Part shown: piece by piece, positions 24,643-48,737 of the stretch | Layout: every line of letters begins with the position of its first letter | Position numbering within the stretch: the first letter of the stretch is position 1 | From: the human T2T-CHM13v2.0 reference genome, Homo sapiens | Direction: 5' to 3' (one strand) | DNA length: 64,000 nt | Assembly (NCBI RefSeq): GCF_009914755.1 | Contig: NC_060931.1 | The notes under the pieces: model-generated | What the model was told of the DNA's origin: nothing | What the model saw: only the letters and a program-made list of their open reading frames with translations | The model's database searches: none | Made by a program: the position numbers and the translations under genes

Positions 24643-25169
24643 ACAATGAATCTCTATTTGCAAAATCCAGAGATTTACTTTTTTACTTTTCTGGTTAGTT
24701 CCCATCTAACTAGAGCTTGTTTTCCAGGACTTGCCACTCCATCGTTCCTGAAACTCCCTTCCCTTGACCTCCATGGGCCAGGCTTTCCTGGTTTCCCTCC
24801 TTTCTCTCTTAATTTTCATTTCCTTGTTTGGCTTCTTCTCAACCTGTATGTTAAATGTTGGCGTCCTCAAGGTAGACCCAGCCCCACTTCGTCCTCTGCA
24901 CTCTCTCCCTTGGTGGTCTCCAACAGCCCATGCCTTTAACTACCACCTATACACCAACCTAACGTCCATCTCTCTGACCTCCAGATCTGCTTAGCAGTAT
25001 CTCACAGTGACCTCAGCATCAAGATGTCCCAAATCCACCCCTGACCACCTCTGCAGATCTGACAACAGCATCCTTCTTTCGGCTGCAGACAAAGCCAGCA
25101 TCCTAGAAATAGCCTGTGACTAGCCTCCCTCTCACATCTCCACAATGAACAAGTCCTCAAAATGCCAGC

Positions 25170-25487
25170 TTTTATTGATTGATTGATTGATTTATTCATT
25201 CATTGAGACAGAGTCTCACTGTGTCACCCAGGCTGAAGTGCAGTGGCACGATCTCAGCTCACCGTAACCTCTACCTCCTGGGTTCAAGCAATTCTCGTGC
25301 CTCAGCCTCCTGAATAGCTGGGATTACAGGCGACAGCCACCACACCCAGCTAATTTTTTACGTTTTTAGTAGAGACGGGGATTCGCCATGTTGCCCAGGC
25401 TGGTCTTAAACTCCTGAGCTCAGGCAATTGCCCGCCTCGGCCTCCCAAAGTGCTAGGATTACAGGCGTGAGTTACAGCACCTGGCCG
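25170..25487 (-). mobile_element. AluS
   Basis: Full Alu with (TTGA)/(TTCA) tail; TSD ccagctttt. Confidence 0.9.
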
Positions 25488-25719
25488 AAACTCCAGCTTT
25501 TAAATATCTCCACCCATTTCTCTCTGCCTCTGTGGTCACCATCCTAACAGATCCCTTGTCCACCTCCAATCCCTGCCAACCCATTCTTCACACTGAAGCC
25601 TCTCTTTCATCCATCCTCTCGCCTCATTCAAATCTTTCTGGGGTTGCCACTATATGCCAGAAAGATTTTTTATTAAATACAGATGCAATCATAACATTCG
25701 TCTGCTTCCAAACCTTTGA

Positions 25720-26352
<633 letters not shown>

Positions 26353-26538
26353 TGATAAAATATAACTTTCTCAGCAGGGCACCAATGCCCTGTGCATCTG
26401 CCCCTAATCCCCTTCTTGTCAACCCTGCAGGCGCTCTGCACTGTTCCTGCAATGAGAAGCATCTTCTCTACCTTCTGGCCTTTGCACATGCTGGGACCAC
26501 CACCAAGAAGGCTCTTCTTGACCTCCTCTACCAGCTAA

Positions 26539-26982
<444 letters not shown>

Positions 26983-27153
26983 TGAACATCTGTTCACCCG
27001 CCAGACACATGAAGGTGGCATCTGGTCCTGTTGTGTCCACCCACCATCTCCCCTGGACTGGCACCTTCCCTGCTCATGGAAAGAGGTCAATAAATGTCCA
27101 TTAAAGAAATAAATTTAAATGGTATGAAAGCTATTTATCTAAGGCAACAACCT

Positions 27154-27692
<539 letters not shown>

Positions 27693-27713
27693 ACATCCTC
27701 ATTTTACAGACAG

Positions 27714-27755
27714 AAAACAAAACAAAACAAAACAAAACAAAACAAAACAAAAAAC
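27714..27755. repeat. (AAAAC)n microsatellite
   Basis: Direct reading. Confidence 0.9.
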
Positions 27756-28029
27756 AGCAGCCCAGAGGGAATTAATACTCCCATTTCCCAGGAGACAAGA
27801 GTTTTAGTTGCGTATGCAGGTCTTTAACCCTGGAATGCTTAAAAAAAGCACTGATAGAGCAAGAAAATACATACCTTACTCACCTGCTACAAAAACACAC
27901 CTGCTACAAAACTCAGAAACAGGAGCAAGCTATTCTGTCCATGTTGCCACCTCCTCCTTGCTAATGTGTCCCCACATTGCTGCGCTGGAGGGACTGTGTG
28001 CTAATCTGTCCCCGCTCTGCTGGTTAGCA

Positions 28030-28796
<767 letters not shown>

Positions 28797-28903
28797 CCAC
28801 CTGATGCTGGAGGTCACTGACATCTGTGAACCTCCCATCCCTCCCCATCCTTGCCACCTGGCATTGTAGAAAAAAGGACACTTGCTCCCAATTTGTTAAA
28901 GGG

Positions 28904-29016
28904 TCTGTTCTGGTCTCTGAAGTTAGGAGAAAAGAGAAACAAATGGACATCTGTACAGCACTTGACAGTTTACAAAACGTCCCTAATGAAAGGTAGTGGA
29001 GCTTGGGTCGAATCCT
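28904..29016 (+). repeat. Dispersed direct repeat, copy 1 (113 bp)
   Basis: Matches 32148-32265 with 3 substitutions and one 5-bp indel. Confidence 0.92.
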
Positions 29017-29080
29017 TGCTCTGCAGCCAACCAGCTACATGAATTTGAACAAGCTAAGTAGTTCTCTGAAGTGTATTCCT
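28990..29080 (+). mobile_element. MIR fragment
   Basis: gggtcgaatccttgctctgcagcc...gaacaagctaagtagttctctg resembles the MIR core. Confidence 0.55.
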
Positions 29081-29086
29081 TCTCTT

Positions 29087-29556
<470 letters not shown>

Positions 29557-29894
29557 GTACATAAACAGCAGTACCATTTCAGCTATGCCCTCTCTTTTGT
29601 TTTCGTATATCCTAAGCAGAAGCTGAACTCCCACTTGCTTTTTTGGGCCCAGTATTCACAGTTTTTCAGTGCTAATCCATGTTGATTAAACATAAACCAC
29701 TGATTAGTATCCCACTGTACCAACGTATTTGGCTACCCTCACATAGATGAACACTTAGGTTGCTTTTGACTTTTTACAATTAAAAATGAATTATTCTGCG
29801 CTTCAGTGAATAATCCTGATCATACATCCTTGTTCACATGTCCCTAGAAGGGAAACACTGGGGCTCAAAGCATGCACATTTAAAAATCTGTTTT

Positions 29895-30361
<467 letters not shown>

Positions 30362-30592
30362 CTATTTCCAAATTGATTTCCATAGTAGTGAAGACAATGG
30401 ACAATTCCAACACCAGGGAACAGGTGCCCCAGCCGCTCCATCTACTCACCAACACTTGTTTTGTTGGGCTTTTAAATTTCCACTGTGAAATGGTATTGCG
30501 TGTGCTCCCTACGGTTCACATTTCCTCTTCCGTGAAATGCCTACTGATGTCTTTGCCCACTTTTCCACTGGGTTGCGGTTTCCTTCTTATAG

Positions 30593-30956
<364 letters not shown>

Positions 30957-30981
30957 TAGCTTACTCTGCCTGTGGCCTTTT

Positions 30982-31276
<295 letters not shown>

Positions 31277-31508
31277 CAGCCTGTGGCCTTTTTATGTACA
31301 ATGGCATCTTTTATTGACAAGGTTGTCAATTTTATCAACATCTTCCTTTATTTATATGCTTTTGGTGTCTTAAGAATTTTTTTCCCTATTGAAACTAAGA
31401 TCATAAAGATATTCTCTCGTATTTTTTTTGAAAAGTTTAAAAGCTTTGGTTTTCGCAGTTAGGCCTTTAATACACTCGGAATTTATTTGTAGTTAAGGCA
31501 TAAAGTAA

Positions 31509-32070
<562 letters not shown>

Positions 32071-32147
32071 GATGAGCTTTGCTATGTGTCTAAAAGGAAA
32101 TTTGTTTTCTTTATCGAGCATTTCTGGTATTTGTGGCAGCAGGATTT

Positions 32148-32265
32148 TCTGTTCTGGTCTCTGAAGTTCATTAAGGAGAAAAGAGAAACAAATGGACATT
32201 TGTACAGCACTTGACAGTTTACAAAACATCCCTAATGAAAGGTAGTGGAACTTGGGTCGAATCCT
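32148..32265 (+). repeat. Dispersed direct repeat, copy 2 (118 bp)
   Basis: Matches 28904-29016. Confidence 0.92.
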
Positions 32266-32475
32266 CGACCACTCTGAGGCTGTTACCGAAAGTCTCAGGC
32301 AGCCCCTGGCCTTCCCTCCAGGAGTCTAGAGGCACCTCCCAGAAGCAGGAGCCAATCCCTGTGGCTGGCCCCCAGTACCTTTCTCATGTCTGAACTTTTT
32401 ACAATAACTTCCCAGTTTATCTCCTTGCTGGTCTCTCTTGTTGCCACCTCTTCTTTATCCTGCTGTGAATATCTA

Positions 32476-32922
<447 letters not shown>

Positions 32923-33259
32923 CTACTCCTGAACCCTCCGTGTTCCCAGAACCTGGCTGTCTCCCATGCCTCCAGGCCTTTCCACGTGATGTTTTCACTG
33001 CTGAATTTTCTCTCTGGAGCGCTGGATTTTCTCTCTTGAGTCCTGGGCTGTAAGAGTTCTTCCAGGCTAGCCCATGTGGTACCACTTTTGTAAGCTTATC
33101 CTCCCCAACTAGAAAGAGGCCTCCTGTCCCCCTGAAGGCCACTTACCATCCCCTCCACACCTCAGCCACTAAACTCAGTCTACTTGTTAGTTAGGAGTCT
33201 CTCTCCTCCACTAAACTGAGGGCAAAGACTGTGGTTCTTCCCTCATCCTGGATGCAACA

Positions 33260-34070
33260 CAGCACCTGCCCACACCACCAACACCCCTCCGTGGGCCACA
33301 ATCCGGGAGGTGGGACCGCCCTTGTGAAGCCACCAGGGGTTCCTCCCCTGGGGCAGGGCAGGAGCTTGCAGAGCTGTTGGGTGGAGGGAAAGGGAGACTC
33401 CTCACCACACACGCAGAAGTCCCTCAGCCCTACAATGAGAGCCAAGGAAGAACGGCCGGGGGCGCGCCGGGTCCGGGCTCCCAGGGGAGTCCATCATGCT
33501 GCGTCTGCAGGGGGTGGGGGGGATGAGCTGTCGGTGGAGCCCCTCGACGGGTGGGGGACGGGCAGGCAGCCAAGCGCACAAGTGCAGCCCGGCTGACAGG
33601 AAGCCGCACTAAGGGGAGATCTGCTTGGGCATCCAGGACACAAAGCCCCACCTGTCAGGCCCCCCACGCACACCCTCCACCCGCCGTCCGGGTCTGGCCC
33701 CGAGCCCACCACCAGCAGCTGCCTACTCCCTTCCTCCCTCCCTCGGTGGCCTTTGGTCCTCTCCCGGGACAGCTGCACCAAACCAGCAGGTGGGAGGTTG
33801 TTTGCACGGGCCTCCCAGCTCTGCCCCCCAACAGCCAGCTTCAAATTCCAGAGCCTCCCCAGGAACCAGCAGCAGAGAGTGGCCCCGTGGCCCCGGCGTG
33901 TCCCTGACTTGGGTGACAAGCAGAGCAGCAGTGCTTCCTACTGACCAGCTGACCGGGGCTTTCATCAAGGCCCCCTTTGTCCTCTGAGGTCCCCTGGCTC
34001 AGGTCCACCCTGCAGCCACGCGCAGGACCCCTGTCTACTGCAGAGCCTCTGGGCAGCCTGCCGGCAGCCA
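33260..34070. promoter_or_regulatory. GC/CpG-rich non-repeat stretch, candidate enhancer or orphan CpG island-like element
   Basis: Retained CpGs (aacggccgggggcgcgccgggtccggg at 33451), several E-boxes, TGACAG motifs and a CTCF-like site. Confidence 0.5.
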
Positions 34071-34157
34071 GTCACCATGATGTGAAAGCAAACAAACAGA
34101 GTGTACGCCCAAAGAGAGACACAGGTGGGCCTCGATTTCTGCCTTATAATAAAGGTA

Positions 34158-34300
34158 GGGCGCGGTGGCTCATGCCTGTAATCCAGCACTTTGGGAGGCC
34201 AAGGTGGGAGGACCACTTGAACCCAAGAGTTGGAGACCAGCCTGGGCAACATAGTGAGACCCTATCTTTATTATAAAATTAAAAAAATTTAAAATATATT
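34158..34300 (+). mobile_element. FLAM/Alu left-arm monomer
   Basis: Left arm with A/T tail; TSD aataaaggta closes after the next Alu. Confidence 0.8.
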
Positions 34301-34308
34301 TAAAAATA

Positions 34309-34632
<324 letters not shown>

Positions 34633-35087
34633 TTATACATGCATACATGCACATATATATAAATGTGTGTTCATAGATATACATTATATGCATATATAAA
34701 TAAAAATGTTGGCTGTGCCGTGGCATTCAAGGACACGCTCCTTGGAGTACAGTTTTCGACTGCAGCTGTGCCTCCACAAAGAAACCACAAGAACAAATCC
34801 AGGGGGAGGGCTATTGTTGAAAGAGGTACTCCGATACTTCTCCCTTAGGTATCTCTCTGAGCAACCTCAGCCAGGACTGGCTGTGGGACGAGGGATGTCA
34901 ACTAAGTGGATTGTGAGGGGTGTGCTAAATGGCATTCAGCACAGAATTTACAAGTGGAAACCTTGTAAATAGTGTCATCGTCATTCGTCACTAGGCACAC
35001 ATGGGGATCTGCGAGCCCTGGCTCCCGGTCTGCAGCCCTGATGGCATGATTTGATTTTATTTTTTTTCCGAAAGAGGGTCTTTCTTG

Positions 35088-35375
35088 CTCATGCCTGTAA
35101 TCCTAGCACTTTGGGAGGCTGAGGCGGCGGGGGATCGCTTGAACCCAGGACTTCAAGATCAGCCATGGGCAACATGGCAAAACCCAATTTTTACAAAAAA
35201 ATTTTAAAAATTAGCTGGGCTTGGCGGCACATGCCTGTAGTAGTTCCAGCTACTCAGGAGGCTGGGGTTGGAAGATCGGCTGAGCACAAGGCTGCTCAGG
35301 CAGCAGGGGGTGGTGATTGCACCACTGCACTCCAGGTGACAGAGTGAGACTTTGTCACACACACACACACACACA
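35088..35375 (+). mobile_element. AluJ with (CA)n tail
   Basis: Diverged Alu, slightly 5'-truncated. Confidence 0.85.
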
Positions 35376-35654
35376 AAAGGTAAAGGACTTGAATAGTCAT
35401 TTCTCTGAAGAAGACATACAACTAGCCAATAAGCACACGAAAAGACGCTTAACATCATTAGCTATAAGGGAAATGCAAATTAAAACCACAATGAGATACC
35501 ATTTCACACTCACTAGGATAGCTATAATTTTTAAAAACAGAAAATAACAGGTGTTGGCAAGAATGTAAAGAAACCGGAACCCTTGTACACTGCTGGTGGA
35601 AATGTGCAATGGTGTGACCACAGTGGAGAAGTTTGGTTATTCCTCAAAAAGTTA

Positions 35655-35954
<300 letters not shown>

Positions 35955-36268
35955 GTTAAACGTAGAATTGCTATACGACCCAGCAATTCCACTCCTAGAT
36001 ATGCATGTGGAACAAGTGAAAACAGGTAGTCAAGTAAATACTTGTACAGGAATGTTCACAGTAGCACTATTCACAGTAGTTCCAAAGCAGCAAATGTGGA
36101 TCGGCAGATGAAATGGATAAACGAAGGTGGTCTAATCCATGCAATGGGATGTTGTGCAGCCATTACGGGAATGGAGTTCTGATACATGCTCCAGTGTGGA
36201 TGAGCCTTGAAAACATGCTAAACGAAAGGAGCAGGACACAAAAGGTCACACGTGTGTGATTCCATTTA

Positions 36269-37100
<832 letters not shown>

Positions 37101-37347
37101 TTAAAATGGTTAATGATTAATTTTATGTTGTGCAAGTTTTACCTCAATTACAACCAACCAACCAACTGCTAGGCACAGCTTCTAATAAGCAGCCAGCAGT
37201 TTCCAGTTTCCGTTGTCTCCCCCCGTCCCAATTCCACTCCCCAAAGGCAGTCTTGCTTTTTAACCTCTTTTCCCTTCTGGCCAGTAATGATAAACTTGAT
37301 ATTTTCAATTAATATATCTGCATTCCTTTTTCTTTAATTATTTATTG

Positions 37348-37506
37348 ATTTTTTTTTAAGGCAGGGTCTTGCTGTATTGGCCAGGCTGGAGTGGAGTGGT
37401 TTGATCATAGCTTACTGCAGCTTCCAACTCCTGGGCTCAAGCAATCCTCCTGCCTCAAGTCTCCCAAGCAGCTGGGACTACAGGCACACACTGCCATACC
37501 TGGCTA
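37348..37506 (-). mobile_element. AluJ right arm
   Basis: Right-arm consensus. Confidence 0.8.
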
Positions 37507-37810
37507 ATTTTTTTTTTTTGAGACAGATTCTTGTTCTATCACCCAGGCTGGAGTACAGTGGCGCGATCTTGGCTTACTGCAGCCTCTGCCCCCCAGGTTC
37601 AGACCATTCTCATGCCTCAGCTTCCTGAGTAGCTGAGATTACTGGCATGAACCACCACGCCTGGCCAATTTTTTTTTTTTTTGTATTTTTAGTAGAGATG
37701 AGGTTTCACCATGTTGGCCAGGCTGGTCTCAAACTTCTGGCATGATGTGATCTGCCCGCCTTGGCCTCCCGAAGTGCTGGGATTACAGGCATGAGCCACT
37801 GCGCCCAGAC
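37507..37810 (-). mobile_element. AluS
   Basis: Full Alu. Confidence 0.88.
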
Positions 37811-37963
37811 ACTTTATTAATTTTAAATATTACCTAAGTACTTTCTATCATGACAGATACGACATAATTCTCTTGGATATCCTACCATCTCTCTTCCCCA
37901 TCTTCTGAACAAGAGTTACACAAATATTTTAGTAAATAATCAGTGTATAAATTATGACGATGC

Positions 37964-38262
37964 AGCCGGGCATGGTGTCTTATGCCTGTAATCCCAGCAC
38001 TTTGGGAGGCTGAGGCGGGAAAATCACTTGAGGTCAGGAGTTCGAGACCAGCCTGGCCAACATGGCGAAGCTTGATCTCTACCAAAAATACAAAAACTAG
38101 CCAGGCGTGGTGCTACGCGCCTGTAATCCCAGCTACTCAGGAGGCTGAGGCACGAGAATCACTTGAACCAGGGAGGCAGAGGTTGCAGTGAGCCGAGATC
38201 ATGCCACTGCACTCTAGCCTGGGTAACAGAGCGAAACCCTGTCTCAAAAAAAAAAAAAAAAT
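37964..38262 (+). mobile_element. AluS
   Basis: Full Alu; TSD aaattatga. Confidence 0.92.
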
Positions 38263-38674
38263 TATGATGCAAATTGCAAACGGCATTCGAAACAGGACTA
38301 AGTGAAAGACTATGCTTACATTTCCATTCTTGTTCAATGTGTTTTTCTTGGAGTAACTCCTTTGTTGTTTTATTTGTACACCTTCCTTTGTGCCACAGAC
38401 ATTCTTTTCCCAAATATCCCATTGTTTAAGGCATTCTGCGGGGCGCCTGGTTTCCAGGAGGCACCCCCCACGCCAGTGCCCTTGGTACCGCACTCACTTC
38501 TTCTGGCTGTCATCTTCTCTTCCTCTTGTCTTGCCGAAGTGTGCCCTCCAGGGAAAAGGATTCATGGAGATACATTTTTTTGCACCTTGAATTCTCTGAA
38601 AATGACTTTGCTCTGTTTTCACCCTTTACTAGTTGTTTAGCTGGGTATGAAATAACAGACTAAAATGATTTTCT

Positions 38675-38852
38675 GGCCAGCGCGGTTGCTCACATGTGTA
38701 ATCCTGGCGCTTTGGGAGGCCGAGGTGGAAGGATTGCTTGAGCCCAAGAGTTCAAGACCAGCCTGGGCAACGTGGCAAAACCTCGTCTCTACAAAAAATA
38801 CAAAAATTAGCCAGGCATGGTGGCGCTCACCTGTAGTCCCAGCTACTCGGGG
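38675..38852 (+). mobile_element. AluJ, 3'-partial
   Basis: Left arm and start of right arm, then a G/GA-rich tract. Confidence 0.82.
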
Positions 38853-38971
38853 GAAGGGAGGGAGGGAGGGAGGGGGAGAGAAAGAGAGAGAGAAAGAAAG
38901 AAAATAAATCACTCCCTGCACTGCACCAATGCTGATGACAAGCAATATCTAGCATCCAGTGTGGCTCTTGA

Positions 38972-39298
<327 letters not shown>

Positions 39299-39552
39299 CC
39301 AATTCTCATTTCTTTACTAGATGCCTGTTTTTCCTCTTTGGACGCTTCTGGAATCCCCTCATTAACCCTGGTGTTCTAAAATTTCACAGTGCTACACCTT
39401 GGTGTATCCTCTGTCATTTATTATGCTGGGCATGCGTGGTCGGCAGATGTGTTTCTGGTTAATGTTCTTGCACAACTTCATTTCCTTACCTCTATTGTCT
39501 GTTTTCTCTTTTTGCCACTCCAAATACTTTCATACTGAACCTTCTAGATTGA

Positions 39553-39972
<420 letters not shown>

Positions 39973-40607
39973 TGACTTTATCTTCTCTGCATTCTGGTGA
40001 AATTTTGAGTTCTTTCCACAACATTCTATTTTTGTTTTATGAGGCACTGTCCTCTTGAACTCTATGAGAAAACTATGGAAAAGTTCCTTCAGTCTTCTGA
40101 AATAGCACTGTCTTTGTTTCCTAAAGATTGCCTTTTCCCCATCACTTATTTTAGTGCTTTTGTTCCTATCATTTCTTGATTCTCCTTATACATCAGCTGA
40201 TCCTTGGTTAGATGTTTATATTAGCAGTGAGGCTCTAAAAAGTTAATTGGAAATTCCGTGTGCATGGCGGAGCTCATCAGCGGGCAAACTCATTTTTAGG
40301 GAGAGTGGGCAGGCAGCCAGCACTCTCACTGGGGACTCCTAAATGTCAGATTGTGCAGGCTTTTTTTTCTGAGACCTTGGTGGTTTCTGCAGAGACGTAT
40401 CCTCTGATCACCTGGATGGGAAGTGGATGCCAGATGGCTTGTACTTGGCTCATCTGGATACAGGAAATGTTCTAGACTTTCAGTTATTCTCCTTGTTTTC
40501 AGCATCCGCTATACCCAAACCTCTGCCACATGAAGTCTCTTGAATTAGGAGCTCTGGGTCAGCTTCTCCAGCCCACTCTCCACTGCTCCAACCCAATGCA
40601 GTTGTAG

Positions 40608-41376
<769 letters not shown>

Positions 41377-41544
41377 TATCATTTCTTCTTTTCTTTCCAA
41401 AATGTGTTAAAATACCCTATTTGATAATGATCCCTCTCTCATTTTCTTTGTCCTTGTGGGTCTTTCTCATTCTTATTTCTTTACTATTATGCATGCAGCT
41501 AATCTTGGGAAGGTGTGTAGCCATTCTGCTACTTTAGCTAAAGC

Positions 41545-41705
41545 CCTTTCTCTTCCTTCCTTTCCTTCCTTTCCTTTCCTTCTTTCTCCCTTCCCTTCTC
41601 CTCCCCTCCCCTCCCTTCCCCTCCCCTCCCTTCCCTTCCCCTCCCCTCCCTTCCCCTCGCCTCCCCTCCCCTCCCCTTCCCTCCCCTCTGCTCCCCTTCC
41701 CTTTT
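41545..41705. repeat. Polypyrimidine (CCCTT/CCCCT)n tract
   Basis: About 160 bp of nearly pure C/T at an Alu tail. Confidence 0.92.
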
Positions 41706-41988
41706 CTGAGACAGGGTCTCACTCTGTTGCCCATGCCAGAGTGCAGTGGTATGATCTTGGCTCACTGCAGCCTCCACTTCCTGGGTTCAAGTGATTCTTG
41801 TGCCTCAACCTCCGAGTGGCTGGAATTACAAGTGCCTGCCACCACACCTGGCTAATTTTTGTACTTTTAGTAGAGATAGGGTTTCACCATGTTGACCAGG
41901 CTGCTCTTGAACTCCTGACCTGAAGTGATCCACCCACTTCAGCCTCCCGAAGTGCTGGGATTACAGGCGTGAGCCACTGTGCCAGGCC
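41706..41988 (-). mobile_element. AluS
   Basis: Alu consensus. Confidence 0.9.
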
Positions 41989-42399
41989 CAGTGTTTTTCT
42001 CACTTGCATATTTCTGAGTGCTTTACAACTCACAGGTCCTCCCCCCATCCCAAAATGCTTCCTTCTGCCTTCCCAAGGATTTTTTTTTTTTAATGGTTTG
42101 ATTTTTCTCTTCTTGAAACTTAACTTTTTAAGTCGACCTGGAATTTATCCAGGCATGCAGCCTAAGGTGAGAATCTAAAACATTCTCTTCTCAAAAACAG
42201 CTAACCAAATTAGCCTCGCCTAATTTATCAAATGATGTGTCTATTCCTGCTGACCTGCAAGGTCGTCTTTATCGTACAGTTAATATCCATGTGTATAAAG
42301 GTAAGTTTCTGGGCTATGTATTCTATCTACTGATCTGTTCATTTTTAAGCCATTAATTGAGTCACTGTTTTAATCATTAAAAATGTGTTTTCACCAGCA

Positions 42400-42530
42400 A
42401 CCCCAGCACTTTGGGAGGTTGAGAGGGGAGGATCTCTTGAGGCCAGGAATTTGAGATCAGCCTGGGCAACACAGTTCTCTAAAAAAACACAGTTCTCTAA
42501 GAAAAAGAAAGAAAGAAAAGAAAAAAATTA
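42400..42530 (+). mobile_element. Alu left-arm fragment
   Basis: cccagcactttgggagg...cctgggcaac, then an 18-bp-period duplication and A-rich tail. Confidence 0.72.
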
Positions 42531-42657
42531 ATAATTTTTTAGTAAAAAAAAATATTCAGTAGAACAAGTTTCTCCTGGATGTATTCTTCTTCAAAATTTA
42601 AAAGTCATTCTCATTTATTCTTCCAGATAAATGTTAGAATTTAAAAGTTCCAAAATG

Positions 42658-42920
42658 TTGGGAGGCCAAGGCAGACGGATCACTTGAGGTCAGGAGTTCG
42701 AGATCAGCCTGGCCAACATAGTAAAACCCATCTCTACTAAAAATACAAAAATTAGCCAGGTGTGATGGTGCACAACTGTAATCCCAGCTATTTGGGAGGC
42801 TAAGGCAGAAGAATCGTTTGAGCCCAGGAGGCGGAGTTTGCAGTGAACCAAGACTGTGCCACTACACTCCAACCTGGGCGACAGAGCGAGACTCCGTCTC
42901 AAAAACAAAAAACAAAAAAG
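42658..42920 (+). mobile_element. AluS, 5'-truncated
   Basis: Starts at ttgggagg; TSD aaaagtt(c/t)caaaa. Confidence 0.9.
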
Positions 42921-43079
42921 TTTCAAAAAGAATCCTATTGGGGTTTTGGTTATAAAGGAGATAAGTCTAAGTTATTCTAGGAAGAGCTGAGATAACAAAT
43001 TCCATAATTTCCATCCAGAAACAAAGTATGTCTCTCCATTAATTCATCTGACATATTTCTTAGTAAAGTTTTATAATTT

Positions 43080-43208
43080 AAAAAAATTTTTTTGTAGAGA
43101 CTGAGGTCTCACACACTATGCTGCTCAAGCTGATCTCAAACTCCTGGGCTCAAGTGATCCTCCCAGCTAGGTGCCGGGATTATAGGCATGAGCCACCATG
43201 TCCAGCCC
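43080..43208 (-). mobile_element. Alu left-arm/FLAM fragment
   Basis: Left-arm consensus. Confidence 0.75.
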
Positions 43209-43329
43209 AGTTTTATAACTATCAACAGGTCTATTCTATGTAAAGTATCCTCCCAAGTCACGCTTTATCCTTTTTCCTATTTTCTATTCATTACTATTAA
43301 AAGACTAAGAAAAGTAGATAATATTTAGA

Positions 43330-43540
43330 GGGCTCACTAGATGCCAGTCACTGTTGTAAGCATTCTTAGAAGCACCATCTCACTAAATTCTTGCAACAAG
43401 TTTAGTAGGTATCTACTATGTCCACTTACACATGAAGAAACTGAGGCACAGAGAGACAAGTGATTAGGCCAATTGTCACAGTGGTAGAACCAGGTTTCAA
43501 ACCCAGGCAGTTCTACTCTTGGAGCCCATGGTCTTATCTA
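43330..43540 (-). mobile_element. MIR
   Basis: acatgaagaaactgaggcacagagag...gtttcaaacccaggcagttctactc, MIR core in reverse. Confidence 0.7.
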
Positions 43541-43563
43541 AAAATCACTATTTTTACTATTCA

Positions 43564-43922
<359 letters not shown>

Positions 43923-44206
43923 TCTATTATATGCAAGGAGCGAGGAAGATAATATTCCAATATATTTGTATTCACTTGTAGGTAAAAATAAAACACTTGG
44001 ATGGACACAATAAGAGATCAGTCAATTAGTGGTTCTCTCTCTCTTAGGGTTGAGTGGGAGCTAGGCAGTGGGAGGTCAGGAGTGGAAGGGACGCCTTTCA
44101 CTTTTTTTTTCTGGAACCACTTGAATGTATTACCTATTTAAAAAATGAAATACATTAGCAGATATGCAGTAACTATGTTTTAAGTGAATGACAAAAGATT
44201 TCATAG

Positions 44207-44320
44207 GTTTTTTTTTAAGAGATGGGGTCTCTCTATATTGCCCAGGCTGAACCTGAACTCCTGGACTCAAGTGGTCTCCTGCCTCGACCTCCCAAGTAAC
44301 TAGGACTATAGGCGCTCGGC
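44207..44320 (-). mobile_element. FLAM fragment
   Basis: Monomer consensus. Confidence 0.72.
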
Positions 44321-44599
44321 TTTCAAAGATTCTTACAAAGATATTTTCTGGTCTTGCTATTTTGGTGAACAGGATGTTTTCTACTACAAACTAGTTGCTG
44401 ATATACTAGAAAATATACTCTTGATTTTTATATAGCTCACTCCCAGTACTCTTATTCTCTATGGTGAACTTGTTTATTAATTCTAAGACCTTTTTTCCAT
44501 CGATCTCCTGGGTTTTCAGTGGATAGAACAAGGTTCTAGGCTGGTTCCATCAATGTGTTTCGGCAGATCAGGATAGAAAACGGGGATGGTGACGTCTGT

Positions 44600-44727
44600 G
44601 GGGAAGGAAAGAGTGAGTTCTCCATATAAAGACATTCAGTTCCAAGTTTTAAAGAACACGGCACGGGCCAAACAAAATGGGCCCGCAAAAGAATCCAGCC
44701 CTCGAGACGCCAGTCTGTGGCCTCTGC
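44600..44727. mobile_element. hAT-type DNA transposon (MER) fragment
   Basis: ggccaaacaaaa...gccagtctgtggcctctg resembles a hAT MER terminus. Confidence 0.4.
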
Positions 44728-44864
44728 TGCAGAGTGGTCTCTGCTTACTCACATCGTCCTCCTCTCTTCCCCTCAGCCACACCCTCCAGTCCTTCAAGCC
44801 CCTGATCCGGGTCCAGGCCTACCAGACCCTGAAGGTGGGTTCCTCCTTCATCTGGCTCCTCTGA

Positions 44865-45252
<388 letters not shown>

Positions 45253-45786
45253 TGAATAAACAGCTTGAGACAGTTCATGCTGGCTTCCTGGGCTCATCCC
45301 ACCCTTTTCACATCCTCTGCTACTGTGGTTATGAAAGTGACTGCGGTGACCATGAGCCCGTCAGCTCTTCCTGGGGTCCAAGAGCAACTCGAACCCAGCA
45401 ATCAAGCCAGGTTCAGCCCTGACTTGTGGCGCCTGGCCCTGTAGGCACTTGGGAAACCTTTTCTGTGGCATGAAGGGCACTGTTGAGGGCAGACTGACAT
45501 TCCAGCTAACCTGCTCACCCAGAACCCTGATGGGCCTTTGCAGAGAAAGCAGAAGAAGATGACAGGTCTCCTGTCCTCAAGGGACCAAGCAGAGTCTCCA
45601 TGAGGGTGGGATCTGTTTTTTCACACCTGGTACTTACAGTGAGTCCTGAAAAACATATTTGCTGGTTAACTGACATGGAGCTTACCATCTACAGTCACTC
45701 AAAACACAGCCACGGCAGAGACAAAAGACAACACCTGAGGAAAACCAACGAGAAGGGGACAGAAACGTCTCCTGGGGTTACAGTGA

Positions 45787-46094
<308 letters not shown>

Positions 46095-46197
46095 CTGACC
46101 CGGTGAAAACTTTTAACCCCTAAACAAGAATGACTGCTGTAGCCTCTCCGGATGGGATGAGAATATTCACATTTCATTCTCATAAAAATGCTACCAA

Positions 46198-46508
<311 letters not shown>

Positions 46509-46517
46509 CTACCAAAT

Positions 46518-48100
<1,583 letters not shown>

Positions 48101-48152
48101 GGAATTAAGACTTCTGGTAGAGAAAAAAATTGAAAAATATTATTAACATAAA

Positions 48153-48737
<585 letters not shown>

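Noticed and set aside
33191-33987. Overlapping ORFs in the GC-rich stretch
   Set aside because: Expected from low stop-codon frequency at high GC; no recognisable protein or exon structure.
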